A DNA stretch of 64,000 bases from Camelus dromedarius. Its lineage: Eukaryota. The stretch spans positions 107,572,001 through 107,636,000 of the forward strand of contig NC_087436.1 of the NCBI RefSeq assembly GCF_036321535.1, given 5' to 3'. A model generated the notes under the pieces. It saw only the letters and a list, made by a program, of their open reading frames with translations. It made no database searches and was not told where the DNA came from. The stretch's first letter is position 1. The number at the start of each line of letters is the position of its first letter. The translations under genes and the position numbers were made by a program. Positions 27,167 through 37,122 of the stretch are shown piece by piece.

Positions 27167-28017
27167 GTATCTGATACCATCATGTACTGTCTTATGTTAA
27201 ACGTTCGTCAGATATTACATTGAATGAAGCATGATCGTAACAGAAAATTGCTGAGGGAATTTTAGAAAATAAAAGAATGGGCTTGTAAGCCGGGCCGCCT
27301 GGTTTTGAACACTGGCTGTGCACCCTGCCGGCTGATAGTGTTCTTGAAGTTTTGTATCCTCTTGGTGCCTGACTCATCTACAAAGCGGGAATGATTCTCC
27401 TTCATACAGTTGTGGTGGGGAATAAGTGACTTAGTGTATAAAGCAGCTAAGATGGTGCTGGCCATAGAATAGGCTCTGAAAATAACTGTAATTTCCTTGA
27501 GGTCATGTGATAGATACTAATCTGCTCAGTGTAGTTATTCTCTACAAAAGACAAAACAGTTTTGGGGTCACGCTGTTCCTAGCATTATAATTTTAACAAT
27601 CGTCAGTGGATAATTGTGCTGGATGAGTAGAAATGATCAGTGTCTCTGTGTTGAACGCTGGGTGTGTACCTGGCACTAGGGCAGGGACTGAAGGCAGACC
27701 TGCGTCCTTGAGGGCTTTACAAGCCAGGGTATGAAGAGCTGACTGCAGCTGGGTACGAGCTGTTGTGCAGGTGCGTTGTGTGAAAGCACCAGTGGAGGAG
27801 TCATCCATTCTGGGGGGGCGATGGGGGGTTCCTAGGAACTGCTTGATGACCAGTGTAAAAGGCAGAGGTAGTACTCCAGGGACGGGGTTATGTGCTGAGC
27901 TGAGTGCACTTGGAGAAATACATTTTGGCTGTGGCTACAACCTAAGAGTAAGAGTAGCAGGAATTAAGGGTGAAAGATGATTTTTGGGCCTTGGGAGGCT
28001 GCATTATAATGTGGGCT

Positions 28018-28215
28018 GTATATATAGAAAATAGATACATAAGAAGGTCCGACTGTACAGCACAGGGAACTATATTCAGTACTTTGTAATAGCCTATAAT
28101 GACAAAGAATATGAAAAGGAATATATATATATATATATATATGTATAACTGAATCACTATTCTGTACACCAGAAATTGACACAACATTGTAAGTCGACTA
28201 TACGTCAATTAAAAA
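28018..28215 (+). mobile_element. Young 5'-truncated L1 3' end with (AT)n and TSD
   Basis: actgtacagcacagggaactatattcagtac...acaacattgtaagtcgactatacgtcaattaaaaaaa; TSD aatgtgggct (28008-28017) / aatgtgagct (28216-28225). Confidence 0.85.
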
Positions 28216-30222
28216 AATGTGAGCTATAAATTGGAATACCCAAGAGTAGGGGGCATATAAGAATAATTCTGTGGGGGTCACTGATGGTCCCCTGTGAGGA
28301 ATGAAAGTAGAACAGGGGCATAAAGAATAGAGGGGATACAGGGTCAGAGACTTGAGACAGTTTCTCCCCGGTGGATGACCTGCTGGCTTTAAGAGACATG
28401 GGAGAGAATTCGAAGGCGGCTGCAGACCGTCTGCTCTAGTTAGCTAGGGCCCCTCTGCAGACGATGCTTCTATCCACTGAGAAAAGCATAGAGGAAAAGA
28501 AGATGGGGCGGGGTGGGCTCCGGGCAAGTAAGCACAGGGGAGGCAGGCTCGCCAGTACTTTGTTGTGGAAAGTTTACATGTTGGGAGCCTGATGCTCAGC
28601 AGAGAGGGCGAGCTACCTGTACTCTGGACGAGACAGGAGACTTTTTCACATGTGTTCGTTGAAGCCATGATAATGAACAAGCTCTCCCAGGGGGAAGTTA
28701 GTTAAGAGTGATCCGTGGGCCATACCAGAGTCGCATAGATGGGCCATAGCAAATAAAGAGATTTGAAAGAGAACATTAGAGATTCAGTGGAGAGTGGTTC
28801 CCTGGAGCACTCGGCCACTGTCAGATTACAGGAGATATGACGCCTCTGTCAGTGGTATGAAAGGAACCAAGAGATGGTTTGGCCTAGAGACTTGGAAATC
28901 CAAGCCTCGTGCAGCTGTTCCTTTCTGTTAGGTGATGATTAAAACCACAAAATTAGTGAAAGTCAGCTTGGGCTCCAGACCGTATGCAGTTCCCAGTGAC
29001 CCGCTTTAGACAGTGCAGGTTTGCCCTTTAGGGCACCCTCCCTCCTCCATGTCCCTGAGCTTAAGGAACCCCTAGCATCAGGGATACCTGGAGGGTTGGC
29101 AGGGGCCCTTCCTTGAGTCTTTGCTGGCCCCAGAGAGCATGGGAGCTGGAAGCAGCCTCACCTCACAATAATCTGGTAAAGGCGAGGCAGGTGATGGTGC
29201 TGGTGTTTCCAGGAGTTTGTCACCGAAGGGGAAGGAAAGTAGGTGGTAGTTGAAGGAAGGCTTCAGAAGATGGGGAGAATGGGAACATATTTGTAGGCTG
29301 AAAGTCAGAAGCAGTGGGAAAGTAGATGAAAGCTGAAAAATAAGGGCTAATAACAGGCAGTCCCGGAGGAGGGACCGGGGAGGAGTGATGGAGGAGTGCG
29401 GAGCCCAAGATGAATTTGGGTGAAATGATACCTTTCCAGGTAGAACGCAGCTACGAATTAGTCTAGCAGGAGGAAGGGAAGCGTCACGTATGTTGGCCTC
29501 CCGTTAATCTGTGAGATACAAGACAGGCCTGTGGTGTTATAGGGTCATTAGCTGTCTTTTAAAGCAATAATATCATATTAAAGGATTTTAGTACCTGTGA
29601 ACAGGACTTAAGAAAAAAATGTGTGTAAAGGTGTGTTATGAATATTGCCTTTATCCAGCCAATTCAGCACTTGGACTTTGTCTCTGAAACTGGCAAATGC
29701 AGAATTAAGATGGACTCTACCCCGTAGTAACTAGCCAGGGTAGAAAGTTCCCCTTTCCTCTTCAGAGACCTCAAAGAAGCTGCAGCCAAAAAAAAAAGAA
29801 AAAAAAGTTTTTGTTTTTTTTTTTCCCATAGGACCAGCCACCACTCTGTCTCCCTCAGGTCCCACCCCACTGCTGGTCTGTGGGAAGGGGGTCAGAAAGG
29901 GCCTGGGCAGTGCAGGGAGCTGCTGGGATCCGGGTACCCCACCCCCACCCCCCGCCCAGCCCCCAGTTCCTGAGGGTAAACAGACACAGCACAGCGGTAG
30001 GACATCCCGGAATATGCAGGTGTAGCCGGACATTAATATATAAGTAACACCATTGCATATTTAGTCTGAGCTGTGGCACAGTGAGATCTTAAAGTCGTTT
30101 TTGTAATGGACTGCTTTTCTGATTTATCAGCTACATCTGCAAGAAGCCCATTTCCCTCCTCCCTGAGCAGAAACAAAGTTTAAACTAAAACCCCTACTTG
30201 CAGAAGCTGTTCCTTCGCCTGT

Positions 30223-30236
30223 CCACAAGGTGGCAG
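30223..30236 (+). promoter_or_regulatory. Candidate CTCF binding site
   Basis: CCACAAGGTGGCAG versus core consensus CCAC[CT]AG[AG][GT]GGC[AG]; one mismatch. Motif match only. Confidence 0.4.
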
Positions 30237-30493
30237 AAGCTGATCAGCTTTCCTAAACTCAGAAACTCAGTAGACTTTATGCTTTAAAAAAGAAATCCAA
30301 CGTAAGTTTAAAAATTGTTTTAAATGTTATAGTTAGCAAAGCAGCCTCCAAAAGTTAACCTTTGTTCTGCTATTGGAATAGGAATAGTAATGAATCTTTC
30401 AGGAATAAATAGCTTTTGCAGTACTGAGAGACTGCAACGTGTACACCTTAATAAATTGGAACGATGAACTGTTATTTCCGTCATTCCTCCTAG

Positions 30494-30589
30494 GTTTTAC
30501 CTGATCGGCGGCGGGATACCTATCATAGTCTGCGGCATTACAGCGGCCGCGAACATCAAGAATTACGGCAGTCGGCCAAACGCACCCTA
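30494..30589 (+). CDS. ADGRA3: ADGRA3 coding exon (TM4, start of ECL2)
   Basis: Acceptor ttcctcctag|G; encodes (R)[31 protein letters not shown](Y); donor CTA|gtgagt; 96 nt, phase 2 to 2. Confidence 0.95.
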
Positions 30590-30731
30590 GTGAGTATTTA
30601 ACGTTCTCTGTGTACCTGAGTCAGTTGCTTCTCTTTAAACTGTTTCCCAGGCACTAAAGTTTCCTGCAGTTTCTTAAGCACTTTGCTGACATGTGTTGCG
30701 TCTGAGCTGGTTCCCCGTTTTCTCTTCCTAG

Positions 30732-31974
30732 TTGCTGGATGGCGTGGGAACCCTCCTTGGGAGCCTTCTACGGCCCTGCCAGCTTCATCACTTTCGTAAA
30801 CTGTATGTACTTTCTGAGCATATTTATTCAGTTGAAAAGACACCCTGAGCGGAAATACGAGCTGAAGGAGCCCACGGAGGAGCAGCAGAGGCTGGCCGCC
30901 AATGAGAATGGCGAAGTCAGTCATCAGGACTCCATGTCCCTGTCCCTGATTTCGACATCAGCCTTGGAAAATGAGCACACTTTCCATGCTCAACTCTTGG
31001 GGGCCAGCCTTACTTTGCTCTTATATGTGGCTTTGTGGATGTTTGGGGCCTTGGCTGTCTCTCTGTATTACCCTTTGGACCTGGTTTTCAGCTTCTTCTT
31101 TGGAGCCACGTGTCTGAGCCTCAGTGCGTTCGTCGTGGTTCACCACTGTGTCAGTCGGGAGGACGTCCGGCTCGCGTGGATCATGACTTGCTGCCCGGGC
31201 CGCAGCTCGTACTCAGTCCAGGTCAACGTGCAGCCCCCCAGCTCCAGTGGGCCGAGCGGGGAGGCTCCCAAGTGCACCAACAGCAGTGCGGAGTCTTCCT
31301 GCACCAACAAGAGTGCGTCGAGCTTCAAAAACTCCTCCCAGGGCTGCAAATTAACGAACCTGCAGGCGGCTGCTGCTCAGTGCCAAACCAACTCCCTGCC
31401 CTTGAACGCCACGCCTCAGCTGGACAACAGTCTGACGGAACACTCGATGGACAATGATATTAAAATGCACGTGGCGCCCCTAGAAGTGCAGTTTCGAACG
31501 AACGTGCACCCAAGCCGCCACCATAAAAACAGAAGCAAAGCGCACCGGGCCAGCCGCCTGACGGTCCTGCGGGAGTACGCCTACGACGTCCCCACCAGCG
31601 TGGAAGGCAGCGTGCAGAACGGCTTGCCCAAAAGCCGACCGGCCAGCGGGGAAGGACACTCCCGGAGCCGAAGGGCTTATTTAGCCTACAGAGAGAGACA
31701 GTGCAACCCACCCCAGCAAGACAGCAGTGATGCTGGTAGCACACTTCCCAAAAGCGGCAGGAATTTTGACAAGCCCGTTTCCACTAGCAGTAAAAAAGAT
31801 GCATCAAGGAAGCCAACTGTGGTTGAGCTGGAAGGTCAGCAGAAGTCTTATGGCCTCAACTTGGCCATTCAGAACGGACCAGTCAAAAGCAACGGTCAGG
31901 ACGGACCCCTGCTGGGTACGGATAGCACTGGCAATGTCAGGACTGGATTATGGAAACACGAAACGACTGTGTAG
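30732..31974 (+). CDS. ADGRA3: ADGRA3 terminal coding exon (TM5-7 and cytoplasmic tail with PDZ-binding motif ETTV)
   Basis: Acceptor tctcttcctag|T TGC TGG; the 411-aa ORF 30739-31974 reads (CW)MAWEPSLGAFYGP...TGLWKHETTV*, with the ECL2 CW motif typical of adhesion GPCRs and the ETTV terminus of ADGRA receptors. Confidence 0.98.
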
Positions 31975-32232
31975 CGCTGGTGGGCTTGCAAGGCAGAAGT
32001 CCATGCAAACTGATAGTCACATTCCTTTCAGCTATGAACGTGTGAAAACAGTTTACAGCCGCCTTAGGGATTCAAAGGAATTTTGAATAAACTTCTAAGT
32101 TTGGGATTCTGTGTATTGTATATCCCCTAAGTGTTGCTTTTTTATGAATTTAGAAAAAAGAAGAAAAAACAAACCTCTAAAGCATTGTTTTAAGTGGTCA
32201 AAGCACCAGCAGGACATTTTTGGAATCCGAAA

Positions 32233-32330
32233 TGTAATTTTCTCAGAATCTGTAACGTCTACTTAACATTTCAGGCTTGTATTTAATACAATAAACAGAT
32301 GTTTGTCATTATGTCAATGTTACATTTTTA
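32233..32330 (+). terminator. Probable main ADGRA3 polyadenylation signal (AATAAA 32290-32295)
   Basis: AATAAA about 315 nt after the stop codon, preceded by three TGTA (CFIm) elements at 32233, 32251 and 32278 and followed by GT/T-rich sequence. A second AATAAA lies at 32086-32091. Confidence 0.7.
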
Positions 32331-32704
32331 TACTTTACAATAGAAGCATTTGATTCTGTTTTAATGAAGTTTGTGCATTGGGACAGCTTAATGAGAATTA
32401 TACGTAAATCAGTTACCAGTTTTTTACATGATTAGCTCCACTGATTATGGCATATACACCAAAGGGCTTATGGATTGATGTATTTTATAAATATGGTTTT
32501 AAGTGCTACGCATTTTTAAGACGATCTCACAGAACTCTTTTTTTGAAAATGGAAATGCCTAAAAAGCTTTTCCTAAATTGCACTGCTTTTGCCATACCAC
32601 TTTTGTCTCACTAATACTATTTTTGAGTGGCTTTTCAGTGGTTTATATTTGGGTTTAGTTTTCTTATTCATTCTTTTTTTTTTTTTCCAGCCCATATGTT
32701 ATTT

Positions 32705-32935
32705 CTTTTTAAATGGAAGTATATTTGACTTACAATACTTTGTTAGTTTCAGGTGTGCCACATAGTGATTTGATATTTTTATACATTATGAAGTGATCAC
32801 CACGGTAAGTCTAGTTACCATCTGTCTTCATACACGGGTCTTAAAATATTACTAATTCTGTTCCCTATGCTGTACATTATATCCCCATGACTTACTTTAT
32901 AACTGGAAGTCTGTACCTCTTAATCCCCTTCACAT
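32705..32935 (-). mobile_element. L1 3' end fragment
   Basis: ttagtttcaggtgtgccacatagtgatttgata...aagtctagttaccatctgtc...ataactggaagtctgtacctcttaatcccc. Confidence 0.75.
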
Positions 32936-35072
32936 ATATGAATGTAAATGAAGAGTTCATATAAGTTTCACATTCCTTTATTTTGGGGGGGATTCTTTGC
33001 TATTGTTGGCTGTTGCTTTGTTATTAAACAGGCAAAATTGCTCAAGATTCATGCTAAAGTACTAATTTTAAAATTCTATTCTAGGGGCAAAAGCAGGTCA
33101 GATCCAAAAGTAATCACTGGTCGTCGATGCACTGCAGTCCTCACCTGTCTCCTGTCTCCAGTCTCACTGGGTCTTTTCTGGGACAGTTAGATTGGGTCTG
33201 CCCTGACTGCTTTGTGCATTCAGTTTCCTCTGATACACAAGACAATGCCGGAAAAGATGGGTACGGCTTAGTTTAGATCTGTTTCAGGCAGTAGTCTCAA
33301 GGTTTGAGTGAGATCAGATTCAAGAAATGCTGGAGTAAAGCTTGATAAACCTCAAAACCTGAGATTTACTCCTTAACATCGAGTACTTCTCAGACGACAC
33401 CAGCTGATCACCCAGGATAGTGTAAATGTCCACTTTTCACTGGGTTAGTGCTTTAGAAATAAATTATTTCACTTCGCAATAATAAAACTGGTAGTTCTAT
33501 TTAAGCCTTCTGTTAGGTGTTGGTTTTAAAGGCATTCTGCACAGTTGGGGAAACAAGGCAAGTAAGTAGAAAGGTTTGCCATGTATGCATTAAAGTACCA
33601 CCTGGCCCAGGGTCTCCTAGTAAGTGTTTGTGGAGAAGGATGTTTAGAAATGACCAAGATATAAGCTAGTAAGATATGAAGTAAATAACTCTTATTTTTA
33701 AATTGCTATTAAATTTTGCTCTGTGTTTTTGCAATACATCATTCCCATATTTAATATGTTTTCTTTGACCCATAGGTCAACTCTACGTAGGAAAAGAACT
33801 TTGTTCTTCTACTTTTCCCTAGCTCCACAGGAAGTGAGGGATTTCCCTTCCTGAAAATGTTCACCATTCAGTAAGCATTTATTAATTTAAATATAGCTCC
33901 TTACAGGTAACAGAAAGAAGAGAAACCTGGGACTGGGAGAATGGGGGAGTGGAATAAAATCAAATATTTGGAATAAAATGAAGATCCACTGAAAATATTC
34001 TCAGTGTTTTGAAACATAAAGCATAGGTGATGAATTACCTTCTTAGCATTTGATTGAATTGAAACTTGATATTGTGTCTAGGAAGTGAATAAAACATTGC
34101 ATCTTCCCCATGTCTGTCTTTTATAATGTGTGACTTGTTGCTAGTTGAGGTTTCTCTATTTCTCATAGAATCATAAATTTTTAGGATATGTTTCAGTTTT
34201 CTTAAAAATCAGCTCATTCATTTTCCTCATTTAAAAAATTATGGCAACTGAGGCTCAAAGAGTTTCTGACTTGCTGAACCTGAACACACCAGTAGGTGAT
34301 GGCACATCTGGGACCAGGACCGTGTTACCTGGCACCACGGCCAATGTGCTTTGTACATGTGTTGCTTCTCCAAAGGTAAGCACCTGTGCTCTTCAGTGAC
34401 TGTTACCTCTAATTTTCCCAAACTTTATTCTCATCCCAGTTATCTGAATTTTAATTTCATAATGAGGTATAATTGGTTATATTCTACTTAAGGAAACACA
34501 CATGATTTATTTTATTCCATGAAAGTTTTTTAAAATCAAGCTGTTATATATTATATGTAATGTGTGTACTGTACACATTTTATATATATATAATTTGATG
34601 TTTTGTGCTAGTGTTACAGGCTAACCTATTTTTCAGGTAACAAATAGAAATTAGGTTTATGAGTATTTTTCTGACTAGATTTATATACATGTGTAAACAT
34701 TTGTCACTATTTCAGGTCATTAGTAGGTGTCAGCTAATTTCTAAATCCCAGGCTTTTTTGCACATGTAACTTATATTCTACATCCATGTCCAGTCTATTT
34801 ATAGGAATAAATATAATCTTATAAACAGATGGCAATTTCTGTGTAGATGCTAACATTTAGATTGTGTTCATTATTGAGACATAGGTGTTTAAGCATTTAG
34901 ATCTGCATGTTTCAGGCATTGAGTTCAGATACCCAGACTGAAGTTGATTGAGGCCATAAAAGATGAGGAAGTAAAAAAAAAAATTAATTGAATGCATTTA
35001 ATGCAGGAATTAAATTAAATCATCAAGGAAAGTGATGCATACAACAGCAATCTGAAATTTAAAACAAATGTT

Positions 35073-35235
35073 TTTTAAATTTTATTATTTATTTATTTTT
35101 AATGTCTATTTATTTATTTGGGGGGGTAATTAGGTTTACTTATTTATTTATTTTTAGAGGGGGTACTGGGGATTGAACCCAGGACCTTGTGCATGCTAAG
35201 CATGTGCTCTACCACTTGAGCTGTACCCTCCCCCC
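35073..35235 (-). mobile_element. tRNA-Ala-derived SINE (camelid Vic-1 type) with perfect 14-bp TSD
   Basis: ggtactggggattgaacccaggaccttgtgcatgctaagcatgtgctctaccac is the reverse complement of the 18032 element; TSD ttaaaacaaatgtt at 35059-35072 and 35236-35249. Confidence 0.9.
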
Positions 35236-36644
35236 TTAAAACAAATGTTAATTCTGTGTTTCTTTCCAGATTCCCCAAATCATTTAATTATTTTAATATT
35301 CACTTCAATGCTCTTAGCTTGAAAGAGAACTTGATTATTTATAAGTATTATGATGTTTCCTGGACTTAAGTCATTTCATCACTTCTGCTAATTTTGCCGT
35401 ATTTTCCCTAAATTTATATTAATACTGTCATATGGATCAACTCACTTTTTTTCTCCCCACTGAAATATAAGTGATAATAAAACCAGTAGATTTATTTGTA
35501 TAAGTATAGCAAACTCTTCAAGAGAAACTTGTAACTGTTTATAAATCTGTCTATAATAAAAATCTGACTGTAATGTTGCTTGGTTTTAGACCAAGATGAG
35601 ATTGCAGTCAGTAAAAAGGTTCTATTTTTTTAGTTTTGGTATTGTCTTAAATCTTCTTCCCCGCCTACCTGTGGGTCTCCCGTGTAGAACCATGTCTTAC
35701 ATTGGCCATTAGCGGCTCCTAGCCAGTGGTAATATTGGAACACTGGAGGCATCAACTGAGAAATACATGTGGAGTAATCATTGTAGGTTTAGGAGTCCTT
35801 TATGTCTTCCTTGGTGTACCCAGCTCTGTGTGTGATGAAGTCCCAGGCAGCCTTTGGTGATAGCTTTTTTTCAGCATCTTTTAACCAGGGATATCAATGA
35901 CTCAGGTGGACACTGAAGGAGAGGACCGTATTATTTAAGAAACCCTCATTTATGTAGTCTGCAATGGACCGCTACCTTTGCTCTTGTAGAGTTGGAATGC
36001 TTAGAGTTAACTCCTAGCCAGAATCTTGTTAAACTTTTTTTTCCACAGACTTATGCTTTATTCTGTTTGAAACACGTATTGTCCTTCTAACCGTGTCATA
36101 TTTATAAAACAGAGTGTGTAGAAAAAGAGTGTGTTGAATTCCATTGTCTGCTACCGCCACCTAGTTTGAGAAGATACTGATGAAGACTCTGATCAGAGCA
36201 TCCCAAGTCTATTCAGAAAGTTCAAAATATTTTCAGAGGGCCCTGCAGTTACATTCCTTAACTGAGTTATTCCAACAATATAAAGAGTCCAGCTAATCAC
36301 GTTTTCAGTTTTGCAATCATTGTGTTCATTCTGTCTTGGCATATAATATTGATGAAGTTTTGCTTGTACAGATAAATTTAGAGCGTTCGAATGAGCAAGC
36401 ACATATGCAAGCTATGCTTGCCTGCCAGGCCAGGTGTCATCATGCGTACCGTGTCTCGTGAAAGTGTGTGCTGCACGTGAAAGGAATGAGCTCCAGTACT
36501 AAACAGGCGTTTTTGTTGTCAGAGTCTGTTCCTTTATGAAACTGAGTAAAAATGTCAATTCGGTAGTTAACCATGATGAACAATTTTTACTGCTTAGTTT
36601 TTTGTTTGTTTTTGTTTTTAAACTTTCATGTTGAGTCTGGGTAA

Positions 36645-36812
36645 ACTTAACTTTTATAAAAATGCAGCCTTTTAGAGGCTCAACACAGTACAGGATTCTT
36701 ACTTAACTTTTATAAAAATGCAACCTTTTAGAGGCTCAACACAGTACAGGATTCTTACTTAACTTTTATAAAAATGCAACCTTTTAGAGGCTCAACACAG
36801 TACAGGATTCTT
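36645..36812. repeat. Tandem triplication, 3 x 56 bp
   Basis: Unit acttaacttttataaaaatgca(g/a)ccttttagaggctcaacacagtacaggattctt starts at 36645, 36701 and 36757, with one substitution among copies. Confidence 0.95.
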
Positions 36813-37122
36813 GCTGGAGGGATGGTCTGGTGGGTGTATTCCTGGCATGGCAGCTCTCCCCAGGGGTTCTCACCCAGCTTCCTGCTGTTCCGTGACTCCG
36901 CCCTTCTCTAGGTACTTCCTCGGGGGATGGAGGGTAAGCTCAAGGGAGCGTTGTATGGATCAGGCCTGGAGATGGTGTAAATTACTTCTACTCACAATCC
37001 ACTGGCCGAAACACAGTTTGGGCCACACCTAACTGCAAGGAATCTAGGAAATGTAGTCTAGTTATGTGTCCAGGGAGGAAAGGTAGACGGTTTGGTGAAC
37101 AAGTAACCAGACTACCGCACGG
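36813..37122 (-). mobile_element. Old MaLR LTR fragment (MLT1I/J/K-like)
   Basis: ccactggccgaaac...ggccacacctaactgcaaggaatctaggaaatgtagtctag...ggtttggtgaaca; typical old MLT1 motifs. Confidence 0.6.

Noticed and set aside
31035..31457. 140-aa overlapping alternative-frame ORF in the last exon
   Set aside because: Non-ATG start and no recognisable protein; expected by-product of GC-rich coding sequence.
36393..36480. gcaagc/gcttgc palindromic cluster resembling p53 half-sites, plus an E-box
   Set aside because: Half-sites deviate from RRRCWWGYYY at several positions; chance occurrence is plausible.
36645..36812. Direct repeats resembling a CRISPR array
   Set aside because: Units are contiguous with no unique spacers, there are no cas genes, and the context is mammalian; this is a tandem duplication.
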